Source of the DNA: Botryllus schlosseri
Lineage: Eukaryota
Direction of reading: 5' to 3'
Length of the DNA: 64,000 nucleotides
Assembly (NCBI GenBank): GCA_051294905.1
Contig: CM119372.1
Span: 25,980,001-26,044,000, forward strand
In this document: piece by piece, positions 1 through 37,635 of the stretch
Numbering within the stretch: the first letter of the stretch is position 1
Layout: each line of letters starts with the position of its first letter
Position numbers and translations under genes: made by a program
Notes under the pieces: generated by a model
What the model saw: only the letters and a program-made list of their open reading frames with translations
Told to the model about the DNA's origin: nothing
Databases searched by the model: none

Positions 1-569
1 GAATTATCGAAATATTCGCGCTTCGCGCTGTCTCACTAAACAGTACAACTTTAATTTCGTGGCAAAAGCGAACAACGTGATGCGGGGTCAGTTTATCACC
101 CTATGGGAGCCTGGGGTCCTGACGAAGTGCTGTTACATTCCTGCCAACGGGTATACCCCGGAGATGTTTAATTACTATTGAGGGGGCCTATACCTTTTCA
201 AACACACCTCACTCAGCTCTACCGGTAAATCAGTTTACGTGAACAGAGACAGGATGAAAATTAATAGCAATACATGCAATTCCCGATCATATTGACCGAT
301 TCAGTGATGAAACTAAAGAAATTTCTCGCGCTTCGCGCGTTTAGGTCATGAAAGCTAATTCACTCAACGGACACCCAATGCAGCAGATAAGTAGCGGTAA
401 ACAGTGTACACTGTACAGTTTTGAAATCTCGTCAGGGCAATAAAACTACTCCAAAATAGCCACGACGGCTGTTTGGGTCCGTTTCGTAACCGTAGTATTC
501 GTGCGGCCCCGACCGCACTCTGAAATTCTAAATTTGGCCCTCACACCGAAAAAGTTTGGGAACCACTGC
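1..569. mobile_element. Partial hAT-type MITE (right end TTTGGGAACCACTG)
   Basis: CAGTGG-type TIR; internal sequence recurs inverted at ~590-830 and at ~59190-59340. Confidence 0.6.
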
Positions 570-2045
570 TCTAGTTAGTCGGCTTAATTCGCGCGAAGCG
601 CGAAAAATTTCTATCATTCATGATTGAATCGGTCAATATGATCAGGAATTGCATACATATTGCTGTCAATTTTTTATCCTCTCTCTGCTCATGTATTCAG
701 ATTTACCGGTAAAGCTGAGTGAGGTGTCTTGGAAAATGTAGGGCCCGTAAATAATAATTGAACATATTCGGCCGGACCCGTGGGTATAACGACTTCGTTA
801 CGTAATGTCATTTCGTGGCCTGTCTGCTATGTCAAAAGATATTCAAATCGCCCATACGTACTAAACTAAAAGACGCACACGATTTCAAATTGGTATTTCT
901 GCACTGACAATTAATTTTTCTCTGCGAGATGGCATTTTTTGTGGGGTTCCGATTGTCAGGACAGGAACATTTGGCGCCAGCCATTTAGGCGCCGATGGAC
1001 AAATAAATATATATGTATATCGTATATATATCGAAGTCGGTCAGCATAAAGGCAGTCCTTTTCCGCCAAGGTTTTCTCGTTCTGGCACACTTCTCGGAGT
1101 CGCATGTTACGTGGCCTAAAATTTCATATGTCTTGGTGTGATAATGGCTGACGCCGAGATGCCCATTTCTATAACTCATGCGTATTATTTCTTCGAGGAA
1201 GGGCATCCAATAAGCAAGAGGTAAGCGATCACGAAATGGCGCGCAGCGCTAATTTTTTCTTGAAAAAGTTGCCTAAATTTCCAAAATAATACTCTATAAT
1301 TAATGTTTATTCACGAAAACATTGTGAGCCCCCTTCGAGCTCGGGCCCGCCATCCCAATTGGAGGTTTGGGTGTGGCATTTGCGGTCATGGACGCCAATA
1401 TAGCCATTTCAACGCGCCATCGCCCCCACATCGCCCCCTTCGTCCGTTTTCACCCCCATATCGCCCCTTGGCTATTTTAACCCCCCTGGACCGACAAATC
1501 GCCCCCTGGGGGGCGATATCACCCACGTTGGGAACCACTGGTCTAGTGAAAATTATAACTGTAGGCTTGGTGATAAACAGCAACAAATTGACTTTTCTTG
1601 AAAATAAGATCATATACTATACATGTAGGAATTGAGTTGACTTCTATTACTTCAAAGCGAATTCTGCAATTGCATTTCTTGAAATACGTGGTCGTGTCTT
1701 GAAAATCCGCGCCTTCGAGAGGATATTAACGAGTGGCGAAATCCATTTTCACAAAAATAGGTGGTGGTGAATGTAATAATAACGCGTAACGCTTCCGACG
1801 ACACGTTTGGGAATGACGGGAATTTGCCCGCGTTTCATATGTTTCTTACCCTGGATCGAGAATCCTAGTTTCACAGGAACTTAAATGGTAGGAGGAAACA
1901 ATTTTGTGTGGGCATAACCTCTATGACGATGTCGAAGTAGAGCGTGGTATTCAAGCTATATATGGTAAAGTTGGAACAGCCTATGGGCGGAGAATCGGTC
2001 TACAGATCGCGTTACAAGCAACGTCCGTGTTTATGCTATGTAGGC

Positions 2046-2753
2046 CAGGGGCGTCCAACATCCGGCCCGCCAAGCAATTTCACCCGACCCGCAGACCAAT
2101 TCTGAGTTGAATGATATATATTTATACTATCCATCACATTTGTAACAAACGTAGAGATTTTTTGTAGGAATGTCTTCCTTTAAATAATGCCTCAAGACAG
2201 CAAACGTAGAGCATGTACAATTGTCCATACTCCATAGGCCAAATTATTACCACTCAACTGTTGTGTTGTGGTTTCTTTCTAGGTATACCACTGGGAAAAA
2301 TTCGGTGACTTCATCACCCAATCTATAGAAGGCGTTGGATCCATACTAAGCTTGAAGTTTTACGGAAAATGAAACAAAAAACGTAGTTATTCAGAGAACC
2401 GAAAACGCCAATGTGAAACCGTTCTAAGCAGTTTACATGTAGAATATAGTGGTTATATGAAGAAAAAATACAATGCAAATATCCGTGGTTGCGCTGCCGT
2501 GTCACTTCTTACTAAAAAGGTATCCGGCCTCCAGACAAACCCGAATCGCCATTGTTCGCGAATAAAGGTGTTGTAACTTGCTAGAATAAAAACCCTATGA
2601 TCCGTGGTATAATGCAATATACTATTAACTGTATAACAAAGTATTCAAGTCGAAAGATAGGGCATGATTTTAGAATCAGTTGACTGGTGCGGCCCGCGAG
2701 CGATTTGGGGATTTAAATCGGGCCCACGACGCAATTTCAGTTTGACACCTCTG
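2046..2753. mobile_element. Non-autonomous hAT (CAGGGG TIR, GGCCCGC subterminal motifs)
   Basis: CAGGGGCGTCCAAC...TTTGACACCTCTG flanked by TGTAGGC on both sides; related partial copy at ~34700-35346. Confidence 0.75.
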
Positions 2754-2994
2754 TGTAGGCCTATACGTACAGTGTACATTGTACAGGTCATTTTATGCAG
2801 TACATTGCAACGGGTATTTTTCACCGCCACCCCTGTGCTTTTAGAAGCCATATCACCATATTCGAAATACATTACACGAACTGCTGTAGGTAAATAGATT
2901 ACACTATTTAGATTCTTTTTTGATATGGCATTTCAATGTATTACACATTTCAAAAGTTAGAAATTAGAGGTAAAACTACCGTACAACCTGTTGC

Positions 2995-3265
2995 TGTCGC
3001 GAGATATGGTAGTTGGATAATCCACAGCTGCAACACTTGTGTTGTGGGCTCGAGTCCGACCGAGATCGACTACAGAATTCCTACCTAAGTGTTAGAGGTT
3101 TATCTAGGCTCCTCCGCGCCATCTCATCCGTGTAAGCGGTGTATTAGACAAATGACTAGAGGCCGGCCGTTCTAGAAGTCGACAGCAACGGAATAAAAAA
3201 AGGGATATCGGGCTGGTGCAAATGACCATTGTAGTCGATAAACACTATGAATACACATACAACCA
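2995..3265 (+). mobile_element. tRNA-derived SINE, family A
   Basis: B-box-like GGCTCGAGTCC, shared body (AGGTTTATCTAGGCTCCTC...AATGACCAT...GTCGA) and ACA-rich tail; about 9 copies or fragments in the window. Confidence 0.75.
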
Positions 3266-4016
3266 CCGTGCAATCCGTGATGAGGAAAGGGCACAGTAAC
3301 GTCAGGATGTAAATGAAGTCGTCTGGTACTGTAATTCGCGAGCGTTGAAACGGTAATACAGCCCGTTTCATTTCTTAAAAATCGTAATCATCATTTTCCC
3401 TCCAAATACCCCCATAATCCGACTTGAAATTATGCATACACGAAACGGTTACTCATAGAGATTCTACAATCTTGAATATTATTGATGTAAAAAGAGATTT
3501 AATATAAAACAGGCGTCTTCAGTAAGATTTCGACGTGAACTACAGAAGTCTCGTGATTAAAGAGATCTATTAGTATGTATCTCATGGCAAATACCATACA
3601 ATTATATCTCAATATTAAATCATTACTCTCGCCACTTGCTATATACTTTCACAAAATGGAGTGCGACGATGTATTTCCTCATCCAATCACAATATAATGT
3701 GGTTAGGACGAGGGTATACGGGCGATTCTTGATACCGGAGGTATTCTTCAACAACTAGGCAATTATTCAACATTATCCGCGAATAAGACTAGTCCGAACA
3801 TCCTCGGCCCTGCTAAAGTCAATATCTGGCCTTATCAACTCCATAGAAGCCCAGCCCAGTCCCACATGCTTGAATCGGAACTGGGTCCGGTTGTTACACT
3901 AGAGCAGGGGTTCTCAACTTCCCTTGTATAACGGGCCGTATTTCAACAGCAAAAGACGCTGCGGGCCGCAGAACAATATTACCATGTATTTGTGGGCTAC
4001 TATTAAATTTAAGCTA

Positions 4017-5392
4017 GGGGAGACCGGGGACAAATGTAACTAGGGGCAAATGTAACAATCGACCTCACCGCTAGTAGGATGGAGAAATCAGCTTGATATT
4101 TTATGTGCGCATGCAGTAGTTATCTCTTCTATTATACCTGGAGTTACGTTGAGCTACGATGCGAAACCCCGGAATAATTGGCAAAAAACGAAATTTTTGA
4201 CCCTTGAGTAAAGTTTTTCTGGTCTGGAATAATTTGTCTAGACGAATAGTTCCTCAAGTAGTTACAATGTAATATGTGTAGCTGGAACAATGTTACTATA
4301 GTCTACCGTGGTGATGGAAAGAATAGGACTTGCATCGCCGGGAAGGTACCATACTGAGACGCTAATCATGGTCGAGCGTGTCAGGGGCAATCGTAACACT
4401 CTGTTACTTTTGCCCCGTTACAATATGTTATCAATTCTTAATGTCTTTGTTCAAATGTTGGTATTACCATTCATCTACTGCAGAATAATCTTGCAACAGC
4501 CAGAAGTTCAACAGAACAGATACTGCCTTGCGATACCAATTCTAACATGATCATCTGGCAAAACGGCCATACAATAGTGGTGATGTGAATCTGACGGTTC
4601 GGTTATTTTCGTGATTCAACCACCCTTTCTCATGTTGATCGACTTTTGGTGTGTCGAACTTCAATATTCATGGCTTAATTCTCGTCCTCTGACTATGATC
4701 ATGGCCCACTTACATTTTGATATTTGATGTGAACAATTTATGTTAATTTTCTACAGCACAGATAAATGTCATTATAGCTTTGACGCCACACAATGTTGCG
4801 TCCTCGTTTTACTATAATATCATCGGCCCATTCAACCAAGATATTTTAGCCAGGTCGGTTTCGCACCTTCGCAGGTGACCGAATGACCAACCCATTATGC
4901 CCACTGAACAACAGAACCTTGGTAGAAGAGGCCGAATATGAGTAAGGAGATGATGGAATGAATGTGTCTCTTGTACACTTTAAGCTTGAACAAGACACGA
5001 AGGGTGATATTGCATTCAGATGCCATAAATGCGATGGGGCGTAGCCTGGAAGCGTTCAAACGTCTATTCCTTTAGTTTCATGCAATATTACAATTTGTGC
5101 TTCCGTTTTCGTTGTTCATTTAGTTTCTGTTTAGTTGTAAATAACACTGCTACAATTGCCCCGCAAGGGTGGTACAATTGCCCCTGGGTACGGGGCGATT
5201 GTAACATTTGAGCAGCGATTTTTGTGACCCAAAATTTCCATGATTGATTGTTGATTGAGTTCCAATTTAATTTTCATATCAACTATCGAGTTGTTGGCTT
5301 CTTTATATAAAACTTTGGAAGTGAAATTTCCACGAGAAAAACACGTAATGTTGGAAAATACGAAAAGTGTTACAATTGTCCCCGGTCTCCCC
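4017..5392. mobile_element. Non-autonomous Tc1/mariner(pogo)-type element
   Basis: TIR GGGGAGACCGGGGACAAATGTAAC / GTTACAATTGTCCCCGGTCTCCCC, TA on both sides, internal repeats of GGGGCAA.TGTAAC. Confidence 0.8.
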
Positions 5393-6321
5393 TACTGTAG
5401 CCTATTTACCAGTCGTAGACGGGCATTTAGTACATTGTTATGCATTATAAAGTATTAATGGACAGCGTTCGTAAGTTTGCATCTGCTGCTTGTTGTGATA
5501 ATATGTAGGCCTATCTTCTAGCGGCGCAAGTAAATCTTTTCATGGAGCGTGCTTTGCATTCGTTGCCAAGTCGGTATATGCAACTTCAAACCCTACCACC
5601 AGAGAACCGAACTCTTTGTTTCAATGCGTGAGCGAGCAAGTATAAACTACGGTAACTTTTGCGTTACAGAGGCCATTATCGCATTGAGCTCTGAGTGATA
5701 CGAGAAGAAGTCTGGCGTTCGGGGCAATTTCTGAGAAAACCAATCACCCCTTATCATTTCCTTCCATGCCAGGGGCCCTGCACCAATAGTTACAGAATCC
5801 AGCTTTGTCAAGTTGATATTTTTAGCTGGTCCCCTCCCCACGTTTGCCCAGCCAGCATTTCCTCTGCATATATTATGCAAAGTCGGTGGATTCGTCCGAG
5901 GCTGGGTAGTAGTCTACACGGCTACGTGTTTCAGAACATGCGATAAAAGATCGACTGGCATTGATGTTACTCGTCTGATCACAATTGAATCATACGACTG
6001 TATCTTAGAAATTTGTCAGGTGATGTTGTCCTTACTGCTAAGTCCCAGAAACAGCAAATATTCGCACATAATGTTAAGGTTTTATTGAAATCAGACCTTC
6101 TATAGCAGATTTCCTGGTTTATCCATATTCCAAGCAATTTTGAACGATGCGTCTGTAACGTAGTCGGCAATTTCAACAACCGTTTGCAGTGAGTCAAACA
6201 CTCTTTAAAAGTGTAGGCCTACTAAATAGCGGGATTCTCTTGAATCCGAGTCCAGCTGAATACCGATTCAAAACAATAACAATCTGAAGTCGAGCATATA
6301 TCAAGAAACGCCCCATTGAAG

Positions 6322-6631
6322 CAGTGGTTCTCAAACTCTTTTCGACACGTCCCTTTTTTGATAGGGAAAAATTTCGAGCCCCCTAACGTCATATAACAAA
6401 ATGCACCAGAATGCTAGCAATACAAACGGCTAGTTTGATGGCATGGAAGGTTATGGCTGTTGATGAGAGAATTCTCAAATATGAAACCAGACTATACACA
6501 GTGGAATAACTATTAATTGGAGATAAATTGCGCGCAGCGCGACCATTTATTTCAGACAACGTCAGTTTCGCGCCCCGCTTCAGATGCTTTCATGCCCCAA
6601 CGGGGCGCGCCCCCCAGTTTGAGAACCACTG
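6322..6631. mobile_element. ~310-bp hAT MITE (CAGTGGTTCTCAAAC TIR)
   Basis: TSD CATTGAAG/CATTCAAG; related copies at 22049-22368 and ~47590-47887. Confidence 0.85.
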
Positions 6632-6855
6632 CATTCAAGAATGAGTAATCAAACGAAGCAGAGACGGTGCGATAATAGTGCTAAGTATCTAAATTAATTT
6701 GTAACAATGCAGTGTCAGTAGTACTTGCGTTTATAATGAAAGATGTCGCGGGCCGCAAAATAAACGTCTGCGGGCCGCGGGTAGAGAACCCCTGCACTAT
6801 AGTATCGGGCCTATACCGTGTTGATAAACTTTGAGACGGCGAAATAGTGTGCTGT

Positions 6856-6861
6856 TTTATT
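6856..6861 (-). promoter_or_regulatory. Candidate polyadenylation signal AATAAA for MYRF
   Basis: AATAAA on the minus strand downstream of the candidate stop. Confidence 0.3.
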
Positions 6862-6962
6862 GATTACAGGTATAATCATCAGTCTTTATACTCAAAGTCC
6901 TCATTTGACGATTGCATAAAAGCTCATGATTTTGAAATCAAAGCACCGTTTTATATATATCA

Positions 6963-6974
6963 TTAATTTCCGTT
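6963..6974 (-). CDS. MYRF: Candidate terminal micro coding exon (NGN*)
   Basis: aatcag acceptor giving a 61-nt intron (typical size here), phase 0, followed by AATAAA about 100 nt downstream; other candidates exist. Confidence 0.35.
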   Translation of the reverse strand, partial: NGN

Positions 6975-7035
6975 CTGATTGATTACATTATAACTTGTTA
7001 CTGATTGGAGAATATGAGCGTCCTCAGGATCTTAC

Positions 7036-33449
<26,414 letters not shown>

Positions 33450-35659
33450 TTTATCGTCCACAAAATCGAATTGTCGCGGTGCAGCAAGCTAATACTCGCA
33501 ATAGGTAAAATTGCACTGCAGCAAACGAAAATGCATGATGTATATTGTTACAAAAACAATATCTTATAATAGGTACACCCATTTTGGGTTAGTTCTTGCA
33601 TCTCTCCACTAGTTACTGTGATACGATCATACACTGGCTAGGAACGTGCTCGTTTAAAGATTAGGGAACATCATATTTGGTCAGATATAGGAATATACAT
33701 ATTTTTTTCTGGTATACTTTACCTCAAAATTGGCATAGAAAATAAGCCGACTAAAACTATTGATTTGAAAGTGAACGTAAAATAAGGCTACGAAGACGTT
33801 TGCGTTATCAATTTAAGCGTCTATCTGCTCAACAACGATACTGACACAACTTCTTTGTCATTTCTGACCAAATTCCCTGGCCACCTTTACTATACTATCT
33901 GACTCATACAGTGGCCAGAAGCCACGAACTATAGAATGGTAATTAATTTTCAATTGAGTCCATACCCTAATATTTGAAGATTCCGGATGAAAGTTAATAA
34001 TTGAAGTCACTGAATTGATTCGAAATTTACAACTTAGGATACAATGTTTTTGAAGAAGTCAATCCCTATTTTGGATTCCGTAAACCTTTGGCCTAGCGGC
34101 GATAAAACTATAAAAACCGTCAGGGATATTTGTCAAATATAAAGCCTATCAACAAACCCGATAGTCGCAAACACTCAATGTTACAATAGTTTGCTACCAT
34201 AAACTTCTGGTCATAATTCTGCTAACCTGTCAGTATAATCACCTCATAACCTGATGAAAATTGTGCAGTGCAGCCAATATTCGCTTGTTCAAACCCTGCC
34301 TCGGAATGCAGGTGCAAATTGTTTAAAGTTGGCGTGTTCTCTTCATCAAGTGCGGCGTATCACGCAAGGCGAACGCATAAGCACATCATAAAATTTGTTT
34401 ACCTTACACCAATTATTGATAACGCACTATCAGGCAAAGCATTTAACGTAATTACTTGTGACAAGACAAACCTTCGTAATAGAACTTTAACCTCTGTACT
34501 TCATAATCTATGACGGAGTAATGCAAAATGAGCATGGCAATGGAATTAAGGTGACCTCTAGGCATAAAAGCTAGATGTACTTGATACTTGATAGTTGACA
34601 AGGCTGTAAATGAATAATCGCAACAAATGATGAGATTTTTTGCAGGAAATACTCTCGCTAAATATCCCTTCAAGACAGCAAACGCCGAGCATGTCCAATG
34701 TTCATAGGCTACATTATAACCACCAGACTACGGCGTTGTGGTTTTGCTCTCTCGAATTAGAGAAGGCAAAATTGGACCAACAAGTAGTTGTCCCCAGTAG
34801 CGAAAACGCCAATGTGGTACCGTTATATGCAGTTTACATGGAAAATATGCTAGTTACACAAATATAATAATGGTACAGCTATGTCACTTCCCTCCCAATA
34901 GGTCGTCGGACTTAAGAGAAAGTCGACTTGCGATTTAATGATAATAAACCAAATTCCGACGTCCTCGTCTTCAGTTAAATTTCTTGTATTCCCCACAGCG
35001 TATACGCTGGGCTAACGCCAGATTACTACGACTACATCAAAGGGAGCATAGAAATTGCCAACTTATGCCGTCGTTAGCGCCAGTCTTTCATCGGTTCTCG
35101 TATTCAACCGGTCAATCATCGTATTTAGTCAATTCCATTGTTCGCGAATAAAGGTGTTGCGACTTGCTAAAACCCTTATAAGCAATGTTTTATCAACTAT
35201 ATGCTATCTATATGGTTGATATTAAAGTATTCAAGTTAAAAGCAAGGGCTCGAAGTAACATTTTGGAATCAGTTGACTGGTCCAGCCCTCAGGCAATTTG
35301 AAGGATTGAATCCGGCCCGCGACACAGTTTGAGTTTGACACCCCTGGTCTAGGCTGTATATAGTCTTTAGTGAAATCGTAGGACTGCCGTAGAACGGTTA
35401 TATCATCTCATTATATTACATATCACACTAATATGGACATAGCGATACTATGTTTCGAATGCTTCAGTTGCGTGTAAATGAAAACCATGATAGAAATATG
35501 TTTACTTGTTTAGTGTCGACCAAATTGTGAATGAAACGTAGCTGGGCCGTTGTGAAATATATGCTGGAATAATCGAGGATTTTTACAATTTCGCGTTGAA
35601 GTTCATCCGAATCGCTTTTGTCCTAATACAAATATATGTAACGTATGTGATCTACACTT

Positions 35660-36310
35660 GTAGTTCTAAACCTTTTTGACCTCACGGATTGGTAAAACCT
35701 CACAATAAACGTTGCAGACCGGTGAAAATTAACCTACAATTTTAGAACGAAAAATGTATCCAACTCAAGTGCAGTGTTGGTAACTTCATTTAGTGCTGCT
35801 TTTGGATATTAGATATTTATTCGTGATCCTTTTAATGTTTTTGCAAGGCAAAGCTCGCCAAGACCTGTTAAAAACCACACATCTGATTGTGATCGCTTGG
35901 CATCCTTCGAAAGGAATACATCTATACTGTTTGCTATAGACTCTATTGCACTGCCAACGTGTCGCTTTAAATTGTACTGTCGAATATTAACAAAGTTTGT
36001 TTGAAGGTTCCGACAGCTTTCACATATAACTTGTCCGAAACGAGTTCTAGACTGCTTTCAAACAAATACTCGCGATATTGTGACGTACGCCCACAATTAA
36101 ACTATTAACATTCTACTATACGACACCATGCAGAAAATATACGTTCCAAACTTCTGAATAAATTTGATGTTTCATTTCTCTAATGGATGGACAAGCATCC
36201 AATGTTTTGCATATTGGATTTGAGATATAAAATTCTAAAATATTTGGCGGACCGGCCCGAAACTTGCCACAGACCGACACCAGTCTGCGGACCAGCGGTT
36301 CAGAGCCCCC
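35660..36310. mobile_element. Degenerate hAT MITE
   Basis: Eroded TIRs with GCGGACCGG subterminal motifs. Confidence 0.45.
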
Positions 36311-36344
36311 GATCCACACTATCACATGGTAAGAGCATTGTAGC

Positions 36345-36520
36345 GGAATTTCCTATATATGTGTTGGAAGTTTATCTAGGCTCCTCCTCGTCATGTATCT
36401 TACAAAAAGCCTAGAAGTGAGTCGAGATACAAGTCGGCAGATATGGAATAAAAATGTAGGTTATCGGCTTGGTGTGAATGACAATCAGTGTAGTCGACAA
36501 ACACCATGAATACAACAAAC
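36345..36520 (+). mobile_element. 5'-truncated SINE family A
   Basis: Shared body and tail. Confidence 0.7.
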
Positions 36521-37376
36521 AACCCCCCCCCAGAACATTGTGCCGTTTCAATCCTCCATGCGTAAGAACGCATTTTACAGAAGACATTATTGTGATTCGA
36601 ATGCACAATCGTTGCCTACTCCTACCCGATAAAAGTAGAGCCGTGATCGAAAGCATTTGCGGTCTTGTTGTATTACAAATAAATCTACGGCCCACAATAT
36701 AAGGGAAATATGAGCTTCAGTATCACAGATTTCCAAGAGCTTTAAAGAGTTACTATATTGCATTATGAAGCGTAGTATGAATATTAAAAAATCGCAAATT
36801 TTCAGAAGTGGGAAGGTCTATTTATTTGGGAGGTCGTCAAACGTCGGCGTGCGAATTATTGGTCACAATTCACATATTTGCATTTCCCCACATGCTTTAG
36901 TACACAAACCGTTACGTGGAGATAAACTTCATAGGAATTTTGATACGATGAACTGGTCACACAGCACAATAGTCGCATTCCAGCAAATCACTTCACTCGC
37001 TTAATAATGTTGCAGGTAAAATAGTCCGTATCGACATTCTGATCATGATATTTTCTTGGAATATTTCATATCTCAAATAACCTACATAATATGGAGGAAA
37101 GTAGGGCAATTTAACCATATAAACGTTTGATATACTATATTGTTCTCCGTGTCTCGACCATAAAAGTTATCCGTTCATTTCTCCCCATTAATATATGATA
37201 TGAGAATCCTTCTTCCCCGAGTATATGAGACGAATACGATAACGTCATAAATTTTATTTGTACATGTCAGCTATGAGAACTCTCAAGGTAAAGTTTCTTC
37301 ATGCGATCGGCAATTGTACATTGCAGCATATATACATACCTCTTTATTAGCGTGACGATTAACGGTAATCCTAAGT

Positions 37377-37635
37377 GTGGCGAGATAGTGTCGAGGTATA
37401 ATCTACGCCTACAATACCAATGGGTTGTGGGTGCGAGTCCTATCGGGGTCAACTCCAGAGTTCCTGCCTAAATGATGGAAGTTTATCAAGGCCGCTCCTC
37501 GCCACGCCACCTAAGCGGTGTCTTACAAAAAGCCTAGAATTGTCGGCGGATAGACAATCGAAAATAAAGAATATCGGCCTAATGTAAATGACCATACAGT
37601 AGTCATCGAACACCATGAATACCACAAACAACAAT
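37377..37635 (+). mobile_element. SINE family A, near full length
   Basis: tRNA-like head GTGGCGAGATAG...GGGTGCGAGTCC, body, ACAA tail. Confidence 0.75.

Larger units (their letters stand above)
3905..6794. mobile_element. 2.9-kb non-autonomous hAT element hosting two nested insertions
   Basis: CAGGGGTTCTCAAC...GTAGAGAACCCCTG; TSD CACTAGAG/CACTATAG; GCGGGCCGC subterminal motifs. Confidence 0.85.

Noticed and set aside
880..2890. Exon-like segments at ~900-1206 (-), ~1904-1965 (+) and ~2805-2885 (-) suggesting a neighbouring gene
   Set aside because: No recognisable homology and no consistent exon chain could be built by eye.
4550..4950. Possible pogo transposase remnant in the TA-flanked element
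   Set aside because: Only faint motif hints (LLFSGH, CKWA) among stops; cannot be supported without a profile search.
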